Origin: Longimicrobiales bacterium
GTDB taxonomy: Bacteria > Gemmatimonadota > Gemmatimonadetes > Longimicrobiales > Gaopeijiaceae
Assembly: GCA_965219445.1 (NCBI GenBank)
Contig: CBDCNQ010000004.1
Coordinates: forward strand, 384,001 to 448,000
DNA: 64,000 nucleotides
Reading direction: 5' to 3'
In this document: positions 47,672 through 57,507 of the stretch, one piece after another
Numbering within the stretch: the stretch's first letter is position 1
Layout: each line of letters opens with the position of its first letter
Made by a program: the position numbers and the translations under genes
The notes under the pieces: model-generated
Seen by the model: only the letters and a program-made list of their open reading frames with translations
Databases searched by the model: none
Told to the model about the DNA's origin: nothing

Positions 47672-48472
47672 TCAACGCGGTGCCTTCCCCTGCCCCACCA
47701 AAGCCCTCACCCCGGCTCCGGGGTCTTCCTGGCGTAGAAGAGACTCACCTACGAGTACCGCGTCCACTCCCTTTTCTCCCACCCTGCAGACATCGGCCGC
47801 GGTGTGAATCCCGCTCTCGGACACCAGAACCACGTCGGGTGGGACTCGGGCCGCCAATGAGAGCGTTACATCGATCCGCGTCTCGAACGTCCCGAGGTTG
47901 CGATTGTTGATGCCGAGGAGGCCGGCCCCCGCGGCGAGACCGCGCTCCACCTCCGCACCGTCATGGGCCTCCACGAGCACGGACATCCCGAGCTCCTCGC
48001 CCAGTATTCTCAACGAACGAAGCCTCTCATCGTCGAGGATGCGCACGATGAGTAGGATCGCGTCCGCTCCCGCTCCTCTCGCCTCGTACACCTGCGACTC
48101 ATCGATGACGAAGTCCTTCCGAAGCACAGGAATTTCCACGAGGCCGCGCACTTCGGCCAGGTCCCCGAGCGAACCGCCGAAATACTCGTCATCCGTGAGA
48201 ACGCTGAGTGCTGCGGCCCCTCCCGACTCATACTTCGATCCTAGCTGAAGCGGATCGAGATCCGTGCGGATCGCACCGGCACCCGGCGAGCGTCGCTTGA
48301 TCTCGGCAATCACCGACACCACATCCCCGACCTTGAGTGAACCGAAGAAATCTCTCGCCGGAGGAGCGTCTTCGGCGCGATCCCGGAGTTCCGAAAGGCT
48401 CCGCCTCAGCGCCTCGACTTCACCCAGCTTGGTCGCGACGATTTCCTGGAGGATGTCCCCGGTCGAACTCAT
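47672..48472 (-). CDS. trpC: Indole-3-glycerol phosphate synthase
   Basis: IAEIKRRSP, SVLTD, LRKDF, GINNRNL and SESGI motifs. Confidence 0.97.
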   Translation of the reverse strand: MSSTGDILQEIVATKLGEVEALRRSLSELRDRAEDAPPARDFFGSLKVGDVVSVIAEIKRRSPGAGAIRTDLDPLQLGSKYESGGAAALSVLTDDEYFGGSLGDLAEVRGLVEIPVLRKDFVIDESQVYEARGAGADAILLIVRILDDERLRSLRILGEELGMSVLVEAHDGAEVERGLAAGAGLLGINNRNLGTFETRIDVTLSLAARVPPDVVLVSESGIHTAADVCRVGEKGVDAVLVGESLLRQEDPGAGVRALVGQGKAPR

Positions 48473-48523
48473 CCCGCAAACCCATCAACCATCGGTGCCC
48501 GCTGTCGGCCTACGGCCTTGCAT

Positions 48524-48576
48524 TTCGGGCAACCTTCGGGTACTGTTTGTTCGGGTCTTATTCGGGTTTCCATAAT
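48524..48576 (+). promoter_or_regulatory. lexA promoter with two TTCGGG-N5-TTCGGG sites (candidate LexA operators)
   Basis: TTCGGG at 48524, 48535, 48550 and 48561. Putative -35 TTGTTC (48547) and -10 CATAAT (48571). Confidence 0.65.
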
Positions 48577-48591
48577 ACAGAGGTCATCGAT

Positions 48592-49200
48592 ATGCCCCTG
48601 ACGAAGCGACAGAAAGAGATCCTCGACCACGTTGAGAGCTGTATCGAAAAAAATGGGTACGCCCCGAGCTTCGAGGAGATCGCCGAAGCGTTCGGGTACT
48701 CCTCCCTCGCTACCGTTCACGAGCACCTGAGCAATCTGGAGCGCAAGGGCTATATCCGGAAGGCCTACAACGAGAGTCGCTCGATCGAGTTGGTAGGCGA
48801 AACCCTCGGCGCAAACGTGACCGAACTCCCGCTTCTCGGAGCCGTGGCCGCAGGGCTACCCATCGAAGCGATCGAGCAACAGGAAGCGTTGGCCGTGCCG
48901 CCGGATATGGTGAAGTCCGGAAGTGAGAACTTCGTGTTGCGGGTCGAGGGCGAGTCGATGATCGACGAGCAGATCCGGGACGGGGACTACATCGTGGTGA
49001 GCGCCCAAAAGACCGCTTCGGACGGCCAGATGGTTGTCGCGCTCGTCGGCGGCGATTCGGCGACTGTGAAGAAGATGTACCGGGAACCAGACGGCCGCAT
49101 CCGTCTACAGCCGGCGAACCTGTCCATGGCGCCAATCGTCGAGGATCCGCGCAACGTGCGGATTCAGGGCGTGGTCGTGGGGGTCATCCGGAAGTATTAG
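48592..49200 (+). CDS. lexA: SOS repressor LexA
   Basis: LTKRQ wHTH, VAAG cleavage site, GESM catalytic Ser, TVKK catalytic Lys. Confidence 0.97.
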   Translation: MPLTKRQKEILDHVESCIEKNGYAPSFEEIAEAFGYSSLATVHEHLSNLERKGYIRKAYNESRSIELVGETLGANVTELPLLGAVAAGLPIEAIEQQEALAVPPDMVKSGSENFVLRVEGESMIDEQIRDGDYIVVSAQKTASDGQMVVALVGGDSATVKKMYREPDGRIRLQPANLSMAPIVEDPRNVRIQGVVVGVIRKY

Positions 49201-50242
49201 TCGCCTTCCTCAGGCCCTCGAGCGCTTCCAACGCGCCCCCGTCGTCGATAGCTGCTGCTGCCTCTGCGATACCGTCTTCGAGGGTCTCTGAAATGCCCGC
49301 GACGTAGATCGCGGCGCCCGCATTCATGAGGACCGCCGTGCGGGCACCTCCCTCCTCCTCACCGCGCAACACACCGAGGATGACCTCCGCGTTCTCCTCG
49401 GGCTCCCCGCCGGCCAGTTCCTCTGCCGAGCAGGACTCCAGCCCGAAGTCCTCCGGGCGGACGGTCGAGTGGGTTACGGCCCCCTCATCGAGTTCGGCTA
49501 ATGCAGTCGGTCCCATCGGGCTCAGCTCGTCCAGCCCCGCCTCGCCATGTACGACGAGCGCACGGATATGCTCGAGCTCCTTCAGCGCCTCCACGACGAG
49601 AGGAACCAAGGCAGGATCGGCTACGCCAACCAACTGCCTGCGCACGCCGGCCGGGTTGGTCAGAGGACCGAGAATGTTCATGATCGTCGGGAAACCCAGT
49701 TCCCGACGGACCGGCCCCACGTGCCTCATCGCGGGATGGAGCAAGGGCGCGAACATGAACACGACACCGGCCTCCTCGAGGACCCCGCCCATCTCCTCGG
49801 GGCTGAGCTCGATGCGCACCTGCAATGCTTCGAGAACGTCGGCACTTCCGCTCCGGGACGTGAAGGAGCGGTTCCCGTGCTTCGCGATCCGTGCGCCGGC
49901 CCCACGAGCGACGAGGGCAGCGGCCGTCGAAATATTGAAGGTGGTCACGGCCCCACCGCCCGTCCCACAGGTGTCGATCAGCACTTCGGGCGACTCCGAG
50001 GCGATCGGAATCATGGCTTTCCGGAGCGCCCTCACACCGCCAGCAACTTCGACGGGTGCGACTCCCTTTACGCGAAGTGCCGTAAGAAGGGCGGCCATTT
50101 GCACCGGAGAGGCCTCGCCCTCCATGATGACGTCGAACGCGAACTCGGCCTCGAACGCGGTGAGGTGCTCGCCTCCGGCGGCCTTCTGGATCACCGCTTG
50201 GAGGTCGAAAGGCTTCAGTAGAGAAGCGGAATTTTGACTCAT
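49184..50242 (-). CDS. trpD: Anthranilate phosphoribosyltransferase
   Basis: DTCGTGG, FNIST, KHGNR, GSADVL and GPLTNP motifs. Confidence 0.97.
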   Translation of the reverse strand: MSQNSASLLKPFDLQAVIQKAAGGEHLTAFEAEFAFDVIMEGEASPVQMAALLTALRVKGVAPVEVAGGVRALRKAMIPIASESPEVLIDTCGTGGGAVTTFNISTAAALVARGAGARIAKHGNRSFTSRSGSADVLEALQVRIELSPEEMGGVLEEAGVVFMFAPLLHPAMRHVGPVRRELGFPTIMNILGPLTNPAGVRRQLVGVADPALVPLVVEALKELEHIRALVVHGEAGLDELSPMGPTALAELDEGAVTHSTVRPEDFGLESCSAEELAGGEPEENAEVILGVLRGEEEGGARTAVLMNAGAAIYVAGISETLEDGIAEAAAAIDDGGALEALEGLRKATNTSG

Positions 50243-50331
50243 TCAAGGCGTGGTTCGGGTGACGATTCGGCGTTCTCGGGCCCTGCCGACGGCGCTCTTG
50301 GAGGGTTCCAATTCATCCTTTTTACGGCCGC

Positions 50332-50359
50332 TTGACAACGCTTGCGCCCCACCTACCTT
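50332..50359 (+). promoter_or_regulatory. Sigma70-type promoter of the truA operon
   Basis: TTGACA (50332-50337), N16, TACCTT (50354-50359), ending 6 nt before GTG 50366. Confidence 0.6.
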
Positions 50360-50365
50360 CCGGGC

Positions 50366-51163
50366 GTGAACGCCGTGAAGGACAATCGCCTCAAGCTGAT
50401 TCTTCAATATGATGGATCCGCCTTCCACGGCTGGCAAATACAGCGTGAGGAGCGCACCGTTCAAGGGGAGTTGGAGGCGGCCCTGGAGCAGCTCACCAGT
50501 ACCCATCACTCGGTGATCGGATCGGGAAGAACCGATCGCGGGGTCCATGCGACCGGCCAAGTGGCCGTCGCGTCCCTTCCAAGCGCGTGGCAGCCCGAAA
50601 AACTCGAGAAGGCCTTGTCCGCGCTACTGCCCGACGACATCTGGATCAAGTGCGTGGAGACCGCTTCTCCCGATTTTCATCCCCGCTACGACGTGGTGCA
50701 CCGCACGTATCTTTATCATCTCGGCCTTTCCGCAGAGTCCAGATCGCCCTTCCATCGCCACTGGTGCTGGCCATTCGCGAAGGCGTTGGATGAGGTGCTT
50801 CTCGAGAGCGCGGCCGAGACGATCGTGGGCGAGCATTCCTTCAGGGCCTTCGCCAAATCAGGGCAACCCGAGAGGGGAGACCGGTGTACGGTGCACGAAT
50901 CCCGTTGGGAGCCCTGGGAACGGCTCGGGCTCACATTTCGAATTACCGCTGACCGCTTCCTTCATCATATGGTTCGGTATTTGGTCGGAACGATGGTGGA
51001 TATCGCACGAGGCAAGCGACCGTTGGCGGACCTTCGGCGTCTCCTCGAAGAGCCCGAGAGCGACCTTCTGACCTCTCCCCCCGCGCCTCCGACGGGTCTG
51101 TTTCTTCATCACGTCACGTATCCCACGCAACCCCCCACATCGGGAGTCCTCACCACGAAGTGA
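50366..51163 (+). CDS. truA: tRNA pseudouridine(38-40) synthase
   Basis: YDGSAFHGWQ, SGRTDRGVHA and FLHHMVR motifs. Confidence 0.96.
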   Translation: MNAVKDNRLKLILQYDGSAFHGWQIQREERTVQGELEAALEQLTSTHHSVIGSGRTDRGVHATGQVAVASLPSAWQPEKLEKALSALLPDDIWIKCVETASPDFHPRYDVVHRTYLYHLGLSAESRSPFHRHWCWPFAKALDEVLLESAAETIVGEHSFRAFAKSGQPERGDRCTVHESRWEPWERLGLTFRITADRFLHHMVRYLVGTMVDIARGKRPLADLRRLLEEPESDLLTSPPAPPTGLFLHHVTYPTQPPTSGVLTTK

Positions 51164-51173
51164 ACATTGATAA

Positions 51174-51830
51174 ATGAAGATCTTTCTCGATACAGCAGAT
51201 ATTGCAGAGATCCGCCGCGCCGCCGAGGCCGGCCTGATCGATGGCGTGACCACCAATCCGTCGCTCATGGCGAAGGTGGGGGCCGAGCGCGAGCCGGCGG
51301 AGCTGTTCCTCGACATTTGCGAGGCTGTGGACGGACCCGTCAGCGCTGAGGTCGTGGCGCTGGACGCCGAGGGCATGATCGAGCAGGGCCGGCGCCTCGC
51401 GAAGATTCACGACAACATCGTGATCAAGACCCCGCTCACCGAGGCCGGACTTCGCGCCTGCCGCACTCTGACGTGCGACGGCATTCGCGTGAACGTAACG
51501 CTCTGTTTTTCACCCACCCAGGCTCACCTCGCCGCGAAGGCGGGAGCCACGTACATCTCCCCTTTCATCGGGCGGATCGACGATGTCGCGGGGGACGGAA
51601 TGGAATTGGTCAGCCAGATCCGCCAGATTTACGACAATTACGATATCGAGACGGAAATCTTGGCAGCCTCGATCCGACACCCTCAACACATGGTTCAGGC
51701 CCTCTTGATTGGAGCCGACTGCGGCACGTTGCCCCCGAAAGTGCTGTATCAGTTGTTGGAGCATCCGTTGACCGACAAGGGCCTCGACAGCTTCCTGGCG
51801 GACTGGAAATCCCTCGGGAGGGACCTCTAG
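51174..51830 (+). CDS. tal: Transaldolase (FSA/TalC-type fold)
   Basis: GVTTNPS, VSAEV (Glu) and SPFIGR (Phe), which are transaldolase-type residues. Confidence 0.9.
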   Translation: MKIFLDTADIAEIRRAAEAGLIDGVTTNPSLMAKVGAEREPAELFLDICEAVDGPVSAEVVALDAEGMIEQGRRLAKIHDNIVIKTPLTEAGLRACRTLTCDGIRVNVTLCFSPTQAHLAAKAGATYISPFIGRIDDVAGDGMELVSQIRQIYDNYDIETEILAASIRHPQHMVQALLIGADCGTLPPKVLYQLLEHPLTDKGLDSFLADWKSLGRDL

Positions 51831-51848
51831 CGCCGCAATGGCGAATCC

Positions 51849-53315
51849 ATGGCGGACCCGATGATGAGTCCCCGTAAATTCAGGCCGATGTTGCTTTGGA
51901 CGGCAAGCGTGGCAGTCCCTCTAGGGGCCTGCGACGGAGGCGAAGGCACTCTCGACTCGGCGCGTGCCATCGAGACGATAGCGTCCCCGGCCCTTCCCCA
52001 GGTGACAGCGACCGAGCCGCGCCAGCACCGATCGGACGAAATCTCCGGTTCTAGAAGCACGGCCATCGTCGAAGCGGCCGCCCGGGTGGCGCCGGCCGTC
52101 GTGAGCGTCAACGTGATTCGCACCGAGCAGGTACAGACGAGATCCTTCTTCGACCCCTTCCCACTACCTCGCACCCGGCACAGTCGCGGCTTGGGATCCG
52201 GATTCGTTGTCAGTGACGACGGGGTGATCCTCACGAACGATCACGTGGTTCGTGACAGCGAGCGCATCATGGTCACGCTCCCCGACGGCCGGGACTTCGA
52301 GGCAGAGTTGCTAGGGGCGGACCAACTCACGGACGTGGCGGTGCTCAGAATCCGAGGAGACAACTTGCCGGTGGCGCCCGTCGGCACCTCGGAGGGACTG
52401 CTCATTGGCGAATGGTCGTTGGCGATCGGCAACCCGTTCGGCAATCTGTTCTCCAATTCGGAACCCTCAGTGACCGCGGGCGTGATCAGTGGAACCGGGC
52501 GCCATATCATCCCAGATGATGAGGACCGGGTGGTCTACCTGGGGATGATCCAAACCGACGCCTCCATCAACCCCGGCAACTCGGGTGGGCCCTTGGTGAA
52601 CTCCGTTGGGGAGGTCATTGGCGTCAACAGTTCTATCTTTTCCCGTAGTGGGGGGAGCGAAGGGCTTGGTTTCGCGATTCCGATCGACCGGGCTATCCGC
52701 GTGGCGAACGAGCTCATCACCTCGGGGGAGGTAAAGCGGGCGTGGCTCGGTTTCGAGGTGGACCCGGATGAAGAAGACATCTGGGGGAGGACGCATGGTG
52801 TTGCAGTATCGAGCGTGTCCCCGTCTTCACCAGCCGCACGCGCACAGATCTCGCGAGGCGATCGTGTGGTCACCGCCAATGGACGGGCGCTGCGGACGCT
52901 GCTGGACTTCGAGTCTCTGATGCTTGACCTAGAGGAGGGCGAGTCCATCGCGCTGGGAATCGAAGGACGGCAGGGGCCAGTTACGCTCGTGTCGGAGGCA
53001 CTTCCGTCCATCTCGGCCGACCGGGTCACCGCCCTCGAGCAGATGGACCTGATCACCGTAACCCCGGGCATCCGCGCCGAACGGGACCTCAGCTATGAGA
53101 CGGGCGCCCTCATCGTGGACATCGAGCGGGACCTGGAGAGCCGTATCGGCCTCCGGGCGGGAGACGTGATCCTTCAGATCAACCGCCGGCGTATCGAATC
53201 GGCGGAACAGGCCGCTGAGGTCCTCCGCCGAGCCTCCGGGAGCGTCGCCGTCTATATCGAACGAAACGGCGAGGTGATTGTGCGGCGCCTCCTATTCAGG
53301 GGTCCCGGTGGCTGA
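51849..53315 (+). CDS. HtrA/DegP-family serine protease with PDZ domains
   Basis: TNDHV, TDVAV and INPGNSGG catalytic triad; two PDZ-like regions. Confidence 0.93.
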   Translation: MADPMMSPRKFRPMLLWTASVAVPLGACDGGEGTLDSARAIETIASPALPQVTATEPRQHRSDEISGSRSTAIVEAAARVAPAVVSVNVIRTEQVQTRSFFDPFPLPRTRHSRGLGSGFVVSDDGVILTNDHVVRDSERIMVTLPDGRDFEAELLGADQLTDVAVLRIRGDNLPVAPVGTSEGLLIGEWSLAIGNPFGNLFSNSEPSVTAGVISGTGRHIIPDDEDRVVYLGMIQTDASINPGNSGGPLVNSVGEVIGVNSSIFSRSGGSEGLGFAIPIDRAIRVANELITSGEVKRAWLGFEVDPDEEDIWGRTHGVAVSSVSPSSPAARAQISRGDRVVTANGRALRTLLDFESLMLDLEEGESIALGIEGRQGPVTLVSEALPSISADRVTALEQMDLITVTPGIRAERDLSYETGALIVDIERDLESRIGLRAGDVILQINRRRIESAEQAAEVLRRASGSVAVYIERNGEVIVRRLLFRGPGG

Positions 53316-54759
53316 GAACGGAATCGACCGTTACAGCCATCCCCTAGGGGAGCGATACGCGTCCGTAGAGATGCAGGCCATCTTCTCACCGGCGAATCGC
53401 TACGGAACGTGGAGGCGTTTGTGGTTGGCCCTCGCGGCAGCGCAACACGAGCTGGGACTACCGATTCCGCAACAGGCACTCGACGAAATGCGGAGCGGAC
53501 TCGACCAAATCGACTTCACAAAAGCAGCAGAGTATGAGAAGCGGTTTCGCCATGACGTGATGGCCCACGTACACCTCTTCGGAGAGGTGGCCCCCGCCGC
53601 CAGCGCCATCATCCATCTTGGCGCCACAAGCGCGTTCATCGGGGACAACGCGGATCTGATCCTCCACCGGGAAGCTCTCACCCTGATTCGGGACCGACTG
53701 GTCCGATGTATCGCGCGCCTGGCCGAATTCGCCGCCGAACATCGTGATCTCGCCACGCTCGGATTCACGCACTTTCAGCCCGCGCAGCCCACGACGGTCG
53801 GGAAGCGGGCCACCCTGTGGCTTCAGGACGTCCTTCTCGACCTCGAGGAACTCGAGTTTCGCCTGAAGACACTACGTTTCAGGGGTGTACAGGGCGCGAC
53901 CGGGACGCAGGCCTCGTTCCTCGACCTGTTCGAGGGGGATCACGAAAAGGTGGATGCGCTAAACGAGGCGGTGGCGAAGCGCATGGGTTTCGGAGACGGA
54001 TACGGCGTTACAGGCCAAACGTACACGAGAAAAGTGGACGCCCAGATTCTCGGGACACTCGCGAACGTGGCCTCTTCTGCGTCCAAGATGGGCCATGACC
54101 TGCGACTTCTTGCCCACCTGAGAGAAGTCGAGGAGCCGTTCGAAGAGGAGCAGATCGGCTCCTCGGCCATGCCCTACAAGAGGAACCCGATGCGAGCCGA
54201 GCGCATCTGCGGTATGGCACGCCACGTGATCGTTCTGGCCCAGGACCCTCTTTTTACGACCGCCACCCAGTGGCTCGAGCGCACACTGGATGATTCGGCC
54301 AACCGGAGGCTGTCGATCCCGGACTCCTTCCTTACGCTTGATGGGATTCTGCTCTTGGTGGAAAACGTGTCCTCCGGGCTCGTCGTGCACCCTCAGGTGA
54401 TCCGGAAGAACTTGGAGGAGCACCTTCCGTTCATGGCTTCGGAGACGATCCTCATGAGGGCGTCGGCCTCAGGAGGGGACCGCCAGGAGCTTCACGAGCG
54501 GATCAGGCAGCATTCACTGGCCGCTGCAGACCGAATGAAAAACGAGGGTACCGCGGCCGACCTGTTGGAGCGGATCGCAGACGATGACACCTTCGATATG
54601 AACCTGGACCAATTGCGAGAAATCTCCGACCCAGCGCGATTCGTCGGTCGGGCTCCCGAGCAAGTGGACCGCTTCCTCGCCGAGTGGGTACAGCCGGCCT
54701 TGGTACGCCTCGAAACAGATGCCAACGAGCGCCTTGGAGAACCCGATGTCCGAGTCTGA
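53308..54759 (+). CDS. purB: Adenylosuccinate lyase
   Basis: RHDVMAH, IHLGATS, THFQPAQ and GSSAMPYKRNP motifs. Confidence 0.97.
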   Translation: MAENGIDRYSHPLGERYASVEMQAIFSPANRYGTWRRLWLALAAAQHELGLPIPQQALDEMRSGLDQIDFTKAAEYEKRFRHDVMAHVHLFGEVAPAASAIIHLGATSAFIGDNADLILHREALTLIRDRLVRCIARLAEFAAEHRDLATLGFTHFQPAQPTTVGKRATLWLQDVLLDLEELEFRLKTLRFRGVQGATGTQASFLDLFEGDHEKVDALNEAVAKRMGFGDGYGVTGQTYTRKVDAQILGTLANVASSASKMGHDLRLLAHLREVEEPFEEEQIGSSAMPYKRNPMRAERICGMARHVIVLAQDPLFTTATQWLERTLDDSANRRLSIPDSFLTLDGILLLVENVSSGLVVHPQVIRKNLEEHLPFMASETILMRASASGGDRQELHERIRQHSLAAADRMKNEGTAADLLERIADDDTFDMNLDQLREISDPARFVGRAPEQVDRFLAEWVQPALVRLETDANERLGEPDVRV

Positions 54760-55687
54760 CACAATCGGCGTGCTGGAGCCGCAGGTACCCCTACCGCTCC
54801 TCCACCGGGGGAAAGTGCGCGACGTTTTCGACGTCGGGGACGGCCGTCTCTTGATGGTCGCGAGCGATCGGGTGAGCGCTTTCGATGTGATCCTGCCCCA
54901 GCCGATCCCCCGCAAGGGTGAGGTCCTCACGCAGATCACCGCGTGGTGGCTGGATTCCCTGCGCGGTGTGATTGACCATCATCTCATGAGCAGCGATCCG
55001 GACGAGATCGCCGATCAGGTACCGGCCCTTCGGGAATCGAGGGAGGCTTGGGCACGCCGAAGCATGCTGGTTCACCGCACCGAGCCTGTCCTCGTAGAGT
55101 GTGTGGTCCGAGGGTACGTGTCGGGTTCGGCTTGGAAGGAATACCGAACGTCAGGAACGCTCGCGGGGGAACCCCTTCCGGAGGGCTTGGTCGAGAGTCA
55201 GAAGCTACCCACTCCGATTTTCTCGCCGGCGACCAAGGCACATACGGGCCACGACGAGAATATTCCTTTTTCCGGGGTTGTGGAGCGCGTAGGCGACTCA
55301 GAAGCCAACCGTCTGCGGGACCTCTCCTTCACGATATACGAGCACGGAGCGACGATCGCGCAGGAGCACGGGATCATTCTGGCTGACACCAAGTTCGAGT
55401 TCGGGCACCACGCGGACGGCCGCCTTCTGCTGATCGATGAGGTCCTCACGCCGGACTCCTCCCGGTTCTGGCCAGCGGACCTGTACCAGGCCGGCCAGGG
55501 CCAACCCTCCTTGGATAAACAGCCGGTTCGGGATTTTCTGGACGGGTTGGCCGACTGGGACAAGTCCCCGCCGCCTCCGGATCTACCCGATCATGTCGTG
55601 CACGAAACGACAGGCCGGTATCTGGAGATCTTCCGGCGCCTGACAGGAACGGAACTCGATGATTTTCGCCCCCCCCACTTCGGGTAA
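54746..55687 (+). CDS. purC: SAICAR synthetase
   Basis: GKVRD, SDRVSAFD, DTKFEFG and DEVLTPDSSRFW motifs. Confidence 0.97.
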   Translation: MSESDTIGVLEPQVPLPLLHRGKVRDVFDVGDGRLLMVASDRVSAFDVILPQPIPRKGEVLTQITAWWLDSLRGVIDHHLMSSDPDEIADQVPALRESREAWARRSMLVHRTEPVLVECVVRGYVSGSAWKEYRTSGTLAGEPLPEGLVESQKLPTPIFSPATKAHTGHDENIPFSGVVERVGDSEANRLRDLSFTIYEHGATIAQEHGIILADTKFEFGHHADGRLLLIDEVLTPDSSRFWPADLYQAGQGQPSLDKQPVRDFLDGLADWDKSPPPPDLPDHVVHETTGRYLEIFRRLTGTELDDFRPPHFG

Positions 55688-55694
55688 CGGCCTA

Positions 55695-56357
55695 ATGCGC
55701 TTCGCCCGGGAGGGATATCCGTTCATGGTCGGCGCCGTTTTCCTGGCCGTGCTAACGTGGGTCGCAGTGGCCGTTGCGGGACGCTGGACGATCGTGCCCG
55801 CGAGTCTGCTGACCCTCCTGGCCGCCTTCGTGTTCTACTTCTTCCGAGACCCCGATCGGTCCCTCCCTTCCGATAAGGACTCGGTCATCTCTCCCGGCGA
55901 CGGAAAGATCATCGAGATTCGTGAGGTGGACGAACCCTACTTCGTGAAGGGGATGTGCCGACGCATCACGATTTTCCTGAGCGTCTTCAACGTCCACGTG
56001 CAGCGGGCGCCGGTTTCGGGGGACGTGGCGCACCGCGAATATCGCCCCGGTGAATACGCCGTAGCTTGGCATCCAAAAGCCAGCGAAAAGAACGAACAGT
56101 CCTCCCTGGGTCTGATCGCGCGCGGCCATCGGGTGCTCGTCCGCCAGATCGCCGGACTCGTCGCCCGCCGGATCGTCACGTACCCCGAACAGGGCGAACA
56201 CGTGGAGCGTGGGGAGCGCATCGGTCTCATTCGATTCGGATCGAGGGTGGACCTCTTCATTCCGCTCGCCTGGAATCTCGACTGCGCTGTGGGAGACAGA
56301 GTGGCCGGTGGATCAACCGTTTTGGCATGGATTGACGGCCGGGAGGAGGCAACGTGA
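55695..56357 (+). CDS. psd: Phosphatidylserine decarboxylase proenzyme (short type)
   Basis: FFRDP, IFLSVFNVH and IRFGSRVD (self-cleavage site) motifs. Confidence 0.93.
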   Translation: MRFAREGYPFMVGAVFLAVLTWVAVAVAGRWTIVPASLLTLLAAFVFYFFRDPDRSLPSDKDSVISPGDGKIIEIREVDEPYFVKGMCRRITIFLSVFNVHVQRAPVSGDVAHREYRPGEYAVAWHPKASEKNEQSSLGLIARGHRVLVRQIAGLVARRIVTYPEQGEHVERGERIGLIRFGSRVDLFIPLAWNLDCAVGDRVAGGSTVLAWIDGREEAT

Positions 56358-57235
56358 TCGATCGCATGCGGCCCGCCAGGCGGCTCCGGAGGGGCATCAT
56401 CATTCTGCCCTCGGCCTTCACCCTGGCGAACCTGTTCTTCGGATTCTATGCGATCGTGGCCGCCACCCGGGGGGACTTCGAGTGGGCCGGGTGGTTCATC
56501 GTGTGGGCTGCCGTCACGGATCTGCTTGACGGCCGCATCGCCCGCTTCACCCGGACGGGATCAGCTTTCGGCGGGGAGTTGGACTCGCTCGTCGACGCGA
56601 TCTCCTTCGGAGTCGCGCCCGCATTCATCATGTACACCCTGTACTTTTCCGACGGGGCCTGGAGTTGGGTGCTCCCGCTGGCCTACGTGATGGCCGTGGT
56701 GGTCCGGCTGGCCCGCTTCAACGTCGAGCAAGAAGGAGAGGCCAAACGGCGCTTCCACGGACTTCCTTCGCCGACGCCGGGGATGATCCTCGCGACGTTC
56801 TACCCATTCAGCCAGACGGCCTTTTTCGCGACGTATCTGGCGACCATGCCCTGGCCCCGCATCATGGGCATCATGTTGATTGTTCTGGGGGCCTTGATGC
56901 TCAGCCACGTTCCTTATGCGATGATGCCGAGGCTGAGTTTCAAAACTCCGAAGGGCATCCTGGTTTCGCTTTGGCTTTTCGGGAACCTCCTCGCGGCCAT
57001 CATGGTCCCCGCTTACTACTTCTTCCCCATGCTTCTGGGCTATACCGCATGGGGCCTGTTCGGGTCGGTGATCCACGGCCTGTTGGAACGTCTACCGGAT
57101 CGTGATCCGCTGGAGGACAGCTTCGACGACGGAGGCGCGGAGGTGCGCTCCGTCGATTACGGAAACTTGGGGCCCGAGGAATTTCGCCGCCCTGTAACGC
57201 CCCATCACCCTGACGATATGGAGAGCGGAACGTGA
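56354..57235 (+). CDS. pssA: CDP-diacylglycerol--serine O-phosphatidyltransferase
   Basis: DLLDGRIAR...GGELDSLVDAISFGVAPA and RLARFN motifs. Confidence 0.93.
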   Translation: MIDRMRPARRLRRGIIILPSAFTLANLFFGFYAIVAATRGDFEWAGWFIVWAAVTDLLDGRIARFTRTGSAFGGELDSLVDAISFGVAPAFIMYTLYFSDGAWSWVLPLAYVMAVVVRLARFNVEQEGEAKRRFHGLPSPTPGMILATFYPFSQTAFFATYLATMPWPRIMGIMLIVLGALMLSHVPYAMMPRLSFKTPKGILVSLWLFGNLLAAIMVPAYYFFPMLLGYTAWGLFGSVIHGLLERLPDRDPLEDSFDDGGAEVRSVDYGNLGPEEFRRPVTPHHPDDMESGT

Positions 57236-57507
57236 GTCGTTTTCGCGTTGAGATCCGAGTGATACCGCGACCGGGCCTGCTAGACCCGGAGGGAAAGGCC
57301 ATCCAAAGCGCCCTCCACTCTTTGGACTACGAGCAAGTCCATGAAGTTAGGGTGGGCAAGCTCCTCTACCTGGACGTGGAGGCCGCGTCCACCGAGGAAG
57401 CCCGGAACGGTGCGGAAGCAATGTGCCGTCGCTTGCTGGCCAACCCGGTCACGGAGGACTTCGAGATCGAAGTCCAGGAGGCCACAGAGGAGACGGTTCC
57501 CGCATGA
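57232..57507 (+). CDS. purS: FGAM synthase subunit PurS
   Basis: LDPEG, VRVGK and LLANPVTEDF motifs. Confidence 0.95.
   Translation: MSRFRVEIRVIPRPGLLDPEGKAIQSALHSLDYEQVHEVRVGKLLYLDVEAASTEEARNGAEAMCRRLLANPVTEDFEIEVQEATEETVPA

Noticed and set aside
50243..50331. trp attenuator or leader peptide upstream of trpD
   Set aside because: No Trp-codon leader ORF or terminator/antiterminator pair is visible.
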